DNA of 64,000 bases from the sequence record OP292654.1; one strand, given 5' to 3'. The notes under the pieces were generated by a model. It was not told the DNA's origin and did not search any database. It worked only from the letters and a program-made list of their open reading frames with translations. The position numbers and the translations under genes were made by a program. Shown piece after piece: positions 29,702 through 38,772 of this stretch (the stretch's first letter is position 1; the number at the start of each line of letters is the position of its first letter).

Positions 29702-30181
29702 ATGTTTCATAACGTAAAAACTGCTGTAACTGAATATCAAGAAACTCTTAAAGTACTGAAATCTAAACTTCAGGCTGAATTTCTTGAAAAGCTGAAAGTT
29801 GATTGTGCTGAGCTTAAGGCTCAGTTCCCAACACTGGATTTCATTTTTGTTCTAGGTGAAACTCCAGAATGGAATGATGGTGAAGAATGTACACATGATT
29901 CTGAAGTATTCATTACTCATGATGATTCACGTTCATGGGATACCGTTGGTGAATATATTGAGCGTCTATATTGGCGGGATGAAGAAGAATGTCCTGCTGC
30001 TTATAAAACCGCTAACAGTAATCTTTCAAATGAAGATGCTCAAAAGGTAAAAGACATTTTACGTGCTGCGAAGTTCGAAGATGGTCTAGAAGTAGTTTAT
30101 GAAACTAACTTCAATATCGTTATTGATTTCACTGGTTCCAACGTTGAGGTAACAGTACAAGATTATGACTGTGGACATTAA
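29702..30181 (+). CDS. hypothetical protein, NDG-C-H paralog 4
   Basis: GETPEWNDGEECTHDS ... YDCGH*. Confidence 0.75.
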   Translation: MFHNVKTAVTEYQETLKVLKSKLQAEFLEKLKVDCAELKAQFPTLDFIFVLGETPEWNDGEECTHDSEVFITHDDSRSWDTVGEYIERLYWRDEEECPAAYKTANSNLSNEDAQKVKDILRAAKFEDGLEVVYETNFNIVIDFTGSNVEVTVQDYDCGH

Positions 30182-30740
30182 TACTTTACAACCTACGGGT
30201 AGTATTGAATTAAATCTCTTTAGCTGGGAGGTTCCTGAGAACCTTCCAGTACAGGAATTTAAATACGAAAATCCGAAAAAAGTACTTGCCAACATCCCGC
30301 CAGATATGGCACAATTAGTACAAAGGATGATCGATGAAGTTAAAAAATACGATGACCGTGAGGTTGTCGTGGATTATCGCGTTCGTAATCTAAGTGCTGG
30401 AGATAGTGGTTCTCAACTATACGGATACCATTTAGATTGCACAAATGACATTCATGATGATTTTGAACCTGAAACACATATCATTTTCGGTACTGTTCAA
30501 GGTACAAGCTTTGTAATGAATCCCATTAATGTTATTGGATATAATTCAGTTCAAGATGTTCTCAGGAATGAAGTTCTTATTGAAGCAGTAGCTCCAACAA
30601 ACACTGCTCATAAGTACACAAGTAAGGTACTTCATAACTGTCCATTACTCGAAACCAACTGCCAGCGTTTACTTATTCGTGTTACTGCTGGATTCAAAGA
30701 AAGGATTAAACATGCCAAATCTTTATCAAGTACTGCGTGA
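30165..30740 (+). CDS. 2OG-Fe(II) dioxygenase-like protein
   Basis: GYHLD (HxD) ... VLHNCP (distal His) ... RLLIRV (2OG-binding Arg). Confidence 0.55.
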   Translation: MTVDINTLQPTGSIELNLFSWEVPENLPVQEFKYENPKKVLANIPPDMAQLVQRMIDEVKKYDDREVVVDYRVRNLSAGDSGSQLYGYHLDCTNDIHDDFEPETHIIFGTVQGTSFVMNPINVIGYNSVQDVLRNEVLIEAVAPTNTAHKYTSKVLHNCPLLETNCQRLLIRVTAGFKERIKHAKSLSSTA

Positions 30741-31119
30741 GTTAGAGTCAGTATATCTGAACGAAACGAGCAGTACTGAACGTTATATTATTCTTCAACA
30801 AGTAGAAGAAAAAATTAAAGAACTTCGTCAAGAAACCGTTGACACAATGGTTAACCGTGAATATAAGTCTGAAGATCATAATATGAATAAACTTCGTAAG
30901 ATCTTCGCAGAACAGTCCGGTTCACATATTGATGTGATTAATGAGTATGTGAAACCTGAAGCAACTATTATGTTCCTGGTAGAAGAACTTCAGATGGATT
31001 CACTGGATATGATTGAAATAATCATGCAAGTAGAAGAAGAATTTGATGTTGAAATTGATGATTGGGTAGCCGAAGGGTTCCGCACAGTCAATGATATTTT
31101 ACGTGCGATTGAAAAATAA
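30712..31119 (+). CDS. acpP: acyl carrier protein with N-terminal extension
   Basis: EELQMDSLDMIEIIMQVEEEFDVEIDD (DSL phosphopantetheine Ser); SD AAGGA before 30712. Confidence 0.85.
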   Translation: MPNLYQVLRELESVYLNETSSTERYIILQQVEEKIKELRQETVDTMVNREYKSEDHNMNKLRKIFAEQSGSHIDVINEYVKPEATIMFLVEELQMDSLDMIEIIMQVEEEFDVEIDDWVAEGFRTVNDILRAIEK

Positions 31120-31126
31120 TCACACT

Positions 31127-31152
31127 AAACCCGTCAGAAATGGCGGGTTTTT
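31127..31152 (+). terminator. intrinsic terminator
   Basis: AAACCCGTCA-gaaa-TGGCGGGTTT plus T-run. Confidence 0.8.
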
Positions 31153-31192
31153 CATTAAATATGGTATAACCTAAGTTCCAAGAGGTGTTACC

Positions 31193-31561
31193 ATGTTAAA
31201 TTTTATTAAGTTATACAAACTACCTATTATTATAGTTGCGTTCATTCTGTACTCAATTATTTTAGTTTCTGGTGGTTGGAAAGTCCATACATATTATGAT
31301 GGATACAAAGAAAGTTTAGACCAAAAAGTAGAGAAAATCGTTGATGCTGGTATTTCAAAGTACCAAAGTGCTCAGGCTCAAGGTTTAGAAGACCAGAAAG
31401 GTTTACTAGCCGATGCTAAGACCAACACTATCATCAAAGAGAAAACTATTCTACAACAACCAATTTACCTTCAACAATGTATGGATCAAGCTGGTGTTGA
31501 TTTATTGAAAGAATATCGTCAAAACTCTGCTGATATTATTAATGGGAAGAAAACCAAGTGA
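31193..31561 (+). CDS. putative i-spanin (Rz-like)
   Basis: N-terminal TM, periplasmic helical region with Cys, overlaps a downstream lipoprotein gene; TAAATA late promoter at 31156. Confidence 0.65.
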   Translation: MLNFIKLYKLPIIIVAFILYSIILVSGGWKVHTYYDGYKESLDQKVEKIVDAGISKYQSAQAQGLEDQKGLLADAKTNTIIKEKTILQQPIYLQQCMDQAGVDLLKEYRQNSADIINGKKTK

Positions 31562-31872
31562 ATAAGATAAAAATGTTTTTTGTGTCTATAGTACTGGCTT
31601 GTACTTTAGCAATCACTGGTTGTTCAACTGTTCCAGTTCAAAATAAGCCAATTATCGAACAAACGAATCTAATACAATTATGTGGTACTGATACTCCAAT
31701 TCCTGAAAATTTTGTCCTAAATGACAAAGGTGAGAAGGTATATAACGGTCAAGAGATGTATCGTGTGCTTCGTGATTGGCAAGACTACTATAACAAGTGT
31801 GCTGCTATGCACAACCAACTTGTTCGTACTATAATTGGTTTACAGGAAATGAAAGAAGTTCCGAAAAAGTAG
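31558..31872 (+). CDS. putative o-spanin (Rz1-like lipoprotein)
   Basis: Signal peptide with lipobox LAITGC. Confidence 0.7.
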   Translation: MNKIKMFFVSIVLACTLAITGCSTVPVQNKPIIEQTNLIQLCGTDTPIPENFVLNDKGEKVYNGQEMYRVLRDWQDYYNKCAAMHNQLVRTIIGLQEMKEVPKK

Positions 31873-31901
31873 TTGACAAGACCCAAATTTTGATGTAAAA
31901 T
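31873..31901 (+). promoter_or_regulatory. sigma70-like early promoter
   Basis: TTGACA-N17-TAAAAT, followed by terminator hairpin 31903-31931. Confidence 0.75.
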
Positions 31902-31934
31902 TAAGGAAATCGTGAGATTTCCTTTTTTTTTCGT

Positions 31935-32333
31935 TTGGAGCTTAGAATGCTGAAAGATATTAACTTTGACAACTTGGAAGTTACTGCTTGCACCAAAAAC
32001 ATTACGGACTTAGGTTATGAGAAGCATGTAACTATCACTATCAACATGGTTAAAGAAGAAGATTCTTATAGTCATTTAGAAGGTCTAGAATTAGCATTTC
32101 ACAAGAATAATCTTGAAAATGAGAACAAATATATTAAATTAGCATGTACGTATACATTGAATGAAGAAGGTCAAACAGTACTTCCAATCAAAATTGCGTA
32201 CAATGGACCAGAAAAGTACAGTAAACGTGCTTACTATGAACATGACTTAGAACCTTCACTCTTTGAAGATATTGATTTCATCGAAAAGTTCTTTGAACGT
32301 TCACCAAATGAATTAAAACGACTCTATATGTGA
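31935..32333 (+). CDS. hypothetical protein
   Basis: ORF track. Confidence 0.6.
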   Translation: MELRMLKDINFDNLEVTACTKNITDLGYEKHVTITINMVKEEDSYSHLEGLELAFHKNNLENENKYIKLACTYTLNEEGQTVLPIKIAYNGPEKYSKRAYYEHDLEPSLFEDIDFIEKFFERSPNELKRLYM

Positions 32334-32343
32334 GGATTAAATA

Positions 32344-32607
32344 ATGGACGACAATGATGTATATTACCGTATCATTCGCTCTAGTGATGATGATACACTA
32401 TTGACAATCTGTTGTATGCAATGGTTCGATGAACACGATTATGATGAAACTCGTTTTCTGTGTGCTAAAGGTACTAATAAACGTTTGATGTTTAGTTCTG
32501 AGGGAAAGGCAATTAAGTTCCTCAATGATAACATTAAACCAGAAAACATCGTTCCAGAATATCGTGTACAGACACAAACGTACAACGATAATTTCTACAA
32601 AGATTAA
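32344..32607 (+). CDS. hypothetical protein
   Basis: ORF track, SD GAGG. Confidence 0.7.
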   Translation: MDDNDVYYRIIRSSDDDTLLTICCMQWFDEHDYDETRFLCAKGTNKRLMFSSEGKAIKFLNDNIKPENIVPEYRVQTQTYNDNFYKD

Positions 32608-32613
32608 AAATAA

Positions 32614-32643
32614 TTGAAACAGAACTAAAAGTTCTGGTATAAT
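32614..32643 (+). promoter_or_regulatory. sigma70-like promoter, extended -10, 18-bp spacer class
   Basis: TTGAAA-N18-TATAAT with TGG; near-identical ends to promoter at 41634. Confidence 0.8.
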
Positions 32644-32646
32644 GTA

Positions 32647-33121
32647 GGTGAAGAATCTGAAAAGGTCTTCACCGTTCTTAAAACTCTGATTGATCCATTT
32701 ATGGAATAGTTTGAACCTGATCTCGTTGAAAAGTAAACAGCAGTTGAGTAGTTCAATCAGTACGAGTGCAATATATTTTACCCGTTAGGAGTTGGCATAG
32801 TTTGTACCACCCACGGCAATGCGGCACTTTAAATGTGTTCTTGACATGAACGCACCAGATAGGCATTAGAGGCATACTCACCTGTTAAAAGGGAGATATT
32901 CTACGGAATATCAATAGTACCTGTTGCTGAATTAGCAAGTACTATATGCGGAGCAATGTGAAAACTCCGACCGTTGTATGCGACTGTAGTAACTGGAAAC
33001 CGGACAACCCGCCAGTGTTTACTACAAATTTTAGACAATATAGATCCGTCCAAAATTTGAGTAAAATCTACAAATTCAGATGGTAAGACTACCACCGTCA
33101 GCTTAGTTCTGACTTTTTTTT
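32647..33121 (+). ncRNA. candidate large structured non-coding RNA of unknown family
   Basis: No + strand ORF >=60 aa in the ORF track; promoter upstream; about ten stems incl. C(UACG)G tetraloop; ends in GTCAG/CTGAC hairpin plus T8. Confidence 0.55.
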
Positions 33122-33266
33122 CGTTCCCCTTTGCGGGGGGATGCAAATAGATCAACAAACCCCGTCAGTATAAACAGTGTTAAACGTATTAAATAGTTTA
33201 AAGGAATTGAGTTAAGTACGAACAACGTGAGTACTAACGAAAATTCTTGACTAACGGAGTTAGGCA

Positions 33267-33632
33267 ATGGAACTAGCAGACAATCAGTATTTCAACAGTA
33301 CAATGTTGAGATATTTTCTAATTTTAATTGAGTACGGTTCTTATCTAACAAGACAGAATCGAATATACCTACCAAGTTTAAATGATGACAAAGCATTAGG
33401 AATCTATGAAGCAATGAAAGAAATTGCTCTAGAAGATAATTGCGTTATCTGTTTAAATTTTGATCCTCATTTCCCCGTTCATAAAACAAATAATTTACAT
33501 TTCATCAGTACTAATACCATGTATTTGTCTGAGATTCCTTGTGAATTTCTTTTTGTTTATGGAACAGTCGAATATGAGAAAATCAAAAAAGTTTGTGATT
33601 ACTACAACCCTAAGTTTATTTTTCACTGCTAA
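33267..33632 (+). CDS. hypothetical protein
   Basis: ORF track; TAAATA at 33190 upstream. Confidence 0.65.
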   Translation: MELADNQYFNSTMLRYFLILIEYGSYLTRQNRIYLPSLNDDKALGIYEAMKEIALEDNCVICLNFDPHFPVHKTNNLHFISTNTMYLSEIPCEFLFVYGTVEYEKIKKVCDYYNPKFIFHC

Positions 33633-33664
33633 ATACAGTTATCAATAACCTGAAGGACGATACT

Positions 33665-34105
33665 ATGAGCGAACATTTTGATCCTAATGACATACGAAGT
33701 ATGATTGATTACGTAGAAACTACTGACGACACTCACGATGATATATTAATTAAATTCGTAGAGAACAGTCTATTTCTTGAATCTCAAGCACACCACTGGC
33801 ACTTACAGTGCAAGTTCTATTCTAAACACATTGAACTGGATGAATTCTATAAAGGATTGCCAGAATATGTGGATGCCTTCATTGAAGGTATGATGGCAGA
33901 ACGTGGTCCAATTTTCAGTACTGGCAGTTCGTACATTTTCCAACCACTTGAAGAAGCAATTCCTCTCCTGGAAGAATATGTTCAACATTGCGTAAAAATA
34001 CATGAAATATTGGATGGTCTTGAAGAATACGGCTCTGTAAACACACTCGAAGATATAATGAGTTTTGTTGAGAGCATCTTATATAAACTTAAAGTACTAC
34101 AATAA
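33665..34105 (+). CDS. ferritin/Dps-like protein
   Basis: QAHHWHLQ...HIELDEFY...VDAFIE. Confidence 0.75.
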   Translation: MSEHFDPNDIRSMIDYVETTDDTHDDILIKFVENSLFLESQAHHWHLQCKFYSKHIELDEFYKGLPEYVDAFIEGMMAERGPIFSTGSSYIFQPLEEAIPLLEEYVQHCVKIHEILDGLEEYGSVNTLEDIMSFVESILYKLKVLQ

Positions 34106-34110
34106 TCAAT

Positions 34111-34139
34111 AAGGACACAATTTCGTGTCCTTTTCTTTT
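34111..34139 (+). terminator. intrinsic terminator
   Basis: AAGGACAC-aatttc-GTGTCCTT plus T-rich tail. Confidence 0.75.
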
Positions 34140-34150
34140 GGAGAAAATAT

Positions 34151-34765
34151 ATGTCCGTAGAATTAACCATCAATGTTCATGATAGCTATTCAGATTGTGA
34201 AACGTGCGGTTCCTATAGTAACGATATTCTGTCAGTTCATTCTGAGTCACATCAGGAGTTCGGAGAATATAGTTCTGGCACTTCAGCACATTGTTACGAT
34301 GTTGAAGAAGCAGATTATTATGCATTTTGTAATGAAATTCTTAATCGCTTAGAAAGTATCGGCTGTGGTATTCCACGACCAGAATGGAAACCTCGTGAAG
34401 TAAACGAGGAACTTGAACAACGCTATAAGGCTGCGATTATTGATCGTGGACTTCTGGATCGTAAAGTTCATCCAACCTGGGGTTCTTGGCCTAAAGACAC
34501 GGATTGGGATACTTATTGGGAATATAATTATTATTCAGAGAAAGAATTTGAAGACGCATATTATGTGTTCTTTGAAAATGCTTTGGATGAAAATAATCCC
34601 GGTAGTTTCATTTCGTATTTGAGGCAACATGGAGTTCAAGTTGAACTCACTTCTTCGGAAGACGAACGTTACGATGCGTACCGTTGGGATGATGATGATT
34701 ATGAAGAATATGATGAATCTGACGACGAGTACGAATTTGACGATGAAGAACAAGAGGAAGAATAA
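34151..34765 (+). CDS. hypothetical protein, CETC motif and acidic tail
   Basis: ORF track; followed by terminator hairpin at 34767-34790. Confidence 0.75.
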   Translation: MSVELTINVHDSYSDCETCGSYSNDILSVHSESHQEFGEYSSGTSAHCYDVEEADYYAFCNEILNRLESIGCGIPRPEWKPREVNEELEQRYKAAIIDRGLLDRKVHPTWGSWPKDTDWDTYWEYNYYSEKEFEDAYYVFFENALDENNPGSFISYLRQHGVQVELTSSEDERYDAYRWDDDDYEEYDESDDEYEFDDEEQEEE

Positions 34766-34794
34766 TAAGGAGGCTTTGCCTCCTTTTCTTTTAT

Positions 34795-35484
34795 GTGGAG
34801 AAAAGTATGACTGTTGATGAACTATATTCTCTTATCGAGGATATTGAACAAGAACAAAAATGTTTATTCATAGTATATGATGATAACTTACCATCAGTTG
34901 GTGTTGATATTTTAGAATGGGAAACCGAAGATTGTATTGATGGTGGATGGTTTGATTCAGTTGAAGCAGCGTATAAATTTTGCCTAGAATATCAAACAGA
35001 ACCAGTACTTCGACCATTGGTTGCTATGTCTATAGAATCAGATTTACATGGAACTTTTTATCATGATCCAGTACTGATTAATTCATATCAAGAAGCCGTT
35101 GAATATGAATTGAAGATAAAAGACGAAGATATGAATCCTTATACTGAATTCTTATTATTTCCTAAAGATACAAATCTAGAGGAAGTTATTAAGGAGATTA
35201 AAGATCATCAGGATTATTCACAAGATTATCAAGATTATTATGACATTGAAGATGTTCAGAAATATTTTGGTGTTCAGGAAGCAACTTATCCTGATGGTAC
35301 TGTGGCAGTACTAGGTGACTCTGTTATTGTCGATAGTGATGATTTCTCATGGGGTGTACTTAAGAAGCAACAATTTACGGGTACAATTACCCTGCTGGAT
35401 GACCCACGTTATATTCAGCTAAAATTAGATGGTTTTGAACGGGAGCTTAGGCTTCCACATTATTTGGTGAAAAAACATGAATAA
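34795..35484 (+). CDS. acidic hypothetical protein
   Basis: ORF track. Confidence 0.7.
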   Translation: MEKSMTVDELYSLIEDIEQEQKCLFIVYDDNLPSVGVDILEWETEDCIDGGWFDSVEAAYKFCLEYQTEPVLRPLVAMSIESDLHGTFYHDPVLINSYQEAVEYELKIKDEDMNPYTEFLLFPKDTNLEEVIKEIKDHQDYSQDYQDYYDIEDVQKYFGVQEATYPDGTVAVLGDSVIVDSDDFSWGVLKKQQFTGTITLLDDPRYIQLKLDGFERELRLPHYLVKKHE

Positions 35485-35911
35485 GTTATTTCGTTTCTAT
35501 GTCGATTATGGTCGTGGATATGAACTTGAAGGATTGTTTATCAGTACTGAAGAAGAATTAAATCTTTTGAATAATGCTAATATTCATTTCGGTGAAGCAT
35601 TCGGAAAACATTCTGAAGCATCACTTGATGACTTTAAATGGCAGGAATGCTGTACTGTTGTAACTGATGACCAAGAAAAAGTAAATTGGCTAATTGATCT
35701 GTTAGGTTATACATTAAGTGGTTATAATCCAGAACATTACTATGAATACTATGATAGTGATGAATACAAAGAAGGTTATGACGCAGACTTAGATGATATG
35801 TATTGTGAATATGAACTTCCTGGTGAAATAGCTAGATGGTTTAAAGGGAAAGAAGATCGTCGAATTTATGAATTCGAATGTCGTAATGATCTTGGAGATG
35901 AAAATGACTAA
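35477..35911 (+). CDS. acidic hypothetical protein
   Basis: ORF track. Confidence 0.7.
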   Translation: MNKLFRFYVDYGRGYELEGLFISTEEELNLLNNANIHFGEAFGKHSEASLDDFKWQECCTVVTDDQEKVNWLIDLLGYTLSGYNPEHYYEYYDSDEYKEGYDADLDDMYCEYELPGEIARWFKGKEDRRIYEFECRNDLGDEND

Positions 35912-36206
35912 AATGGTAACAATCTATAAGGTAAAAATTGTAGATGAACAAGTTCCGTTAAAGGATTTTGTGGAAAGTCGCTCTGTATATTTTGAATATA
36001 TTGATAAAGATATTGACACATGCTACATCCCTGATCCATATTATCCTAGTGAAAGTTTCATCATGATCTGTCAGGAAGTTGACTCAGGAGAAATCTCACT
36101 TCATGAAATTGGTTATGTCTTATGTCCTGATAATTCTTTATTTTCAGATGATGAATTGAAAGATTATGTAATTGAACATATTGACGAATTTGTATCGTTG
36201 GATTGA
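35868..36206 (+). CDS. hypothetical protein
   Basis: ORF track. Confidence 0.65.
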   Translation: MNSNVVMILEMKMTKMVTIYKVKIVDEQVPLKDFVESRSVYFEYIDKDIDTCYIPDPYYPSESFIMICQEVDSGEISLHEIGYVLCPDNSLFSDDELKDYVIEHIDEFVSLD

Positions 36207-36502
36207 TAATGGCATTAAGAGCATATATAAGAAGTACTCCCGATGAATTACTTCGTGATTCTAATCAGAATCCTACCCCACTACTGCGTAAGTACTGGCA
36301 ACTTCGGGAAATGAGTTATGGCAAAGAACGTAGGGCTTTAATTCTAGAAGTACTGGAAGCTGGGTTTAGTTTTGCTGTGAACAGAAAGTACTGTCTACAG
36401 ACTAAGCATGATCCAGATTTAAAACGACTGATCAAGAAAGGCAAAATAAAACTTGTCAACACAGGTGGTACAGTCAAAACTACGTGTATTCAATTAAAGT
36501 AA
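36203..36502 (+). CDS. basic hypothetical protein
   Basis: ORF track. Confidence 0.65.
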   Translation: MIMALRAYIRSTPDELLRDSNQNPTPLLRKYWQLREMSYGKERRALILEVLEAGFSFAVNRKYCLQTKHDPDLKRLIKKGKIKLVNTGGTVKTTCIQLK

Positions 36503-36513
36503 AAGGATTTACT

Positions 36514-37101
36514 ATGGCTAAATTGTATTATAGATTTAGTTCTATGAACGCAGGAAAAAGTACTAACCTACTTCAAGCTGCGTACAACTACAGGGAACGT
36601 GGTTACGAAGTACTAATATTCACTTCGGCATTAGATGATCGATATGGATATGGAAAAGTAACATCAAGAATTGGAATTGAAGCTGACGCAATTATCATTC
36701 CAAAGGATGACACTACTGTACTTCAAGATGCTAAAATTAATATAAGAGCATTAGATATAAAAGCTGTATTTGTTGATGAATGTCAATTTTTATCAGAAGA
36801 ACAGGTTGACATTCTAGGCGAGATAGTAGATACTCTAAATGTTCCAGTACTGTGTTACGGAATTAGAACAGATTTTGAGTCTAAACTATTCAGTGGTAGC
36901 AAGCGACTATTTGAAATAGCAGATAGCATTGAAGAGTTGAAAAATATTTGTGCTTGTGGTAAAAAGGCTATCTTCAATGCTCGTTTAGTTGAAAGTACTG
37001 AACAGGTATTGATTGGTGGTAATGACGTATATCAAAGTATGTGTCGTCATTGTTATCGCAAATTCCAGCAAAATAAGCTTGACACGACCGACGAGGGCTG
37101 A
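36514..37101 (+). CDS. tdk: thymidine kinase
   Basis: SMNAGKST, VDECQF, YGIRTDF, CACG, YQSMCRHC. Confidence 0.95.
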   Translation: MAKLYYRFSSMNAGKSTNLLQAAYNYRERGYEVLIFTSALDDRYGYGKVTSRIGIEADAIIIPKDDTTVLQDAKINIRALDIKAVFVDECQFLSEEQVDILGEIVDTLNVPVLCYGIRTDFESKLFSGSKRLFEIADSIEELKNICACGKKAIFNARLVESTEQVLIGGNDVYQSMCRHCYRKFQQNKLDTTDEG

Positions 37102-37107
37102 TAGAAT
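37079..37107 (+). promoter_or_regulatory. sigma70-like early promoter
   Basis: TTGACA-N17-TAGAAT. Confidence 0.8.
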
Positions 37108-37137
37108 CAGCCTTATCTTATTAATGGAGAGATAAAA

Positions 37138-37647
37138 ATGTGGATTGGATTTTCAATCATGACTGGCATTAGTGCTGCTTGGTTCATAACTGAAGCCTCC
37201 TTAGCTGGATGGTTTGGTATTCGTGCTCAACGCTATCAACTTCATGGATTCAAAGATAAGGCTGAAAGTGAACGACTACTCCGTGTACTTGAACGTTATG
37301 AGAATGGTGAATTCACTGTTCAACTGAGTAAGTATAATGATAATTTGTTGTTTACTAAAGTACTTCAACATGGTAGCTCAGGTGTGGAATATGATGCTCA
37401 ACGCATCTATGTTCAAATTGACCAACCAGACCATTATTGTTTTGGTTGGATGGCAGATGAACCATTACATGTAGCTCATTATCATCAGAATATTTTAAAT
37501 CTGAAAAAAGGTCGTAAAGCTATTAGTACTGAAGCATGGAACAAGTTAATGGCTCTCCGCTCAGTACTGAAAGAAGAAAGTGAAAAACCTGTTCGTCATG
37601 GTTTCTTCAAACGTAAACGTAAAAATGAGGAAGTACATTTATCATGA
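37138..37647 (+). CDS. membrane-anchored hypothetical protein (paralog of next ORF)
   Basis: N-terminal TM; LRVLERYENG. Confidence 0.7.
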   Translation: MWIGFSIMTGISAAWFITEASLAGWFGIRAQRYQLHGFKDKAESERLLRVLERYENGEFTVQLSKYNDNLLFTKVLQHGSSGVEYDAQRIYVQIDQPDHYCFGWMADEPLHVAHYHQNILNLKKGRKAISTEAWNKLMALRSVLKEESEKPVRHGFFKRKRKNEEVHLS

Positions 37648-38240
37648 TTATCACAACTGTAGGTATCATCGGTCTTGCTGCTTCTCATGCTATTATCGGC
37701 GTACTTGGGTGGATTTTGAATACTCAAATTTCATCTGCCCGTAGTTCAAAGGCTATAAAGAAAATAGCTGATGCTCAGGCTGAACTCGCACGTTTACGAT
37801 CTGCGGATCATGGTTTAGTTCCTGGCGAATTAGTTACAGAAACTATTCCAGAAGTTGTCATGTCTTCTGAACAGCACTTTGAACATCTTAAAAAGCAATA
37901 TCCTATTGCATGGAAAGAGTATCAAGAAAAGCACAAAGACCGCAAAATTCTTGATCGTGCTGACCGTTATATTCTTCGTCTAATTCTTGCTTATGAAGCT
38001 GGTGATCTCGAAGCTAAAATTGGTCATTGTACATTGGACTTCGCCAATGGTGATGAACTGTGGATTTCGAACAAATATTACGCCTATGGTCGTCTGTATC
38101 GTTCCGTACATAACAAGCACATTTGTTTCGACAGTGACCACTATACTATCAGCCCATATACCTTCTTGCGAATCGTTGATTTGGAAGAACGTTTGGCTGA
38201 ACCAGTACTACACTTAACACCAACAATAAAGGTATATTAA
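37644..38240 (+). CDS. membrane-anchored hypothetical protein
   Basis: N-terminal TM; LRLILAYEAG. Confidence 0.7.
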   Translation: MIITTVGIIGLAASHAIIGVLGWILNTQISSARSSKAIKKIADAQAELARLRSADHGLVPGELVTETIPEVVMSSEQHFEHLKKQYPIAWKEYQEKHKDRKILDRADRYILRLILAYEAGDLEAKIGHCTLDFANGDELWISNKYYAYGRLYRSVHNKHICFDSDHYTISPYTFLRIVDLEERLAEPVLHLTPTIKVY

Positions 38241-38770
38241 TGGTAACTCGTAGTGATTTCGAAAATCTGTATAAAGATTGTTATACTTTAGAAGAATGGT
38301 ATCGTCGTAGTTCACCACTTCTAATTGAAGCTCAAAGTACTTTAACTGAAATGGAACTGGACGAGCTTTCTGCTTGGTTCAATGTTATGTTCCAGCGAGT
38401 TTCATTAAAACAAAAAGTAGAACATGAATTCTACAAAGAAGTAAATTCGTGTGATACGTCATACGTGACTATCCATATGGCAGGTGATTATGATACAGCG
38501 ATTCAAACGGCACGTGAGTTCACTTTTGAACAGGGAGCCTGTTATCAAATTACTCCGTGTGATTATGTCTATACTGGCGGTAAAGAATCTGGTATTACTG
38601 CTCGTGTTATATGTTATCCACGATTTCCTAAATCAAACGACCAGCTTTTAGATGAAGCAAAATCGTTGGCATTTAAACTGGCAGAGGCATTATGTCAGAA
38701 AAGTTTTACTCTAGAAACACAAGAGAAGACTTATTATTTTCAAAGTAATAAACCACTACATGGGAAGTAA
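38240..38770 (+). CDS. hypothetical protein
   Basis: ORF track. Confidence 0.7.
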   Translation: MVTRSDFENLYKDCYTLEEWYRRSSPLLIEAQSTLTEMELDELSAWFNVMFQRVSLKQKVEHEFYKEVNSCDTSYVTIHMAGDYDTAIQTAREFTFEQGACYQITPCDYVYTGGKESGITARVICYPRFPKSNDQLLDEAKSLAFKLAEALCQKSFTLETQEKTYYFQSNKPLHGK

Positions 38771-38772
38771 AA

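Noticed and set aside
32647-33121. tmRNA, RNase P, group I or group II intron identity
   Set aside because: No tRNA-like ends or tag frame, no exact GAGGAAAGTCC core, no domain V; the loose P7-like match (GACTGTA/TATAGATC) conflicts with a stronger hairpin and no host gene is interrupted
32901-33158. 85-aa minus-strand ORF in the non-coding gap
   Set aside because: Opposes a fully + strand region, no SD or motif; stems with G-U pairs and the UACG loop favour a + strand RNA
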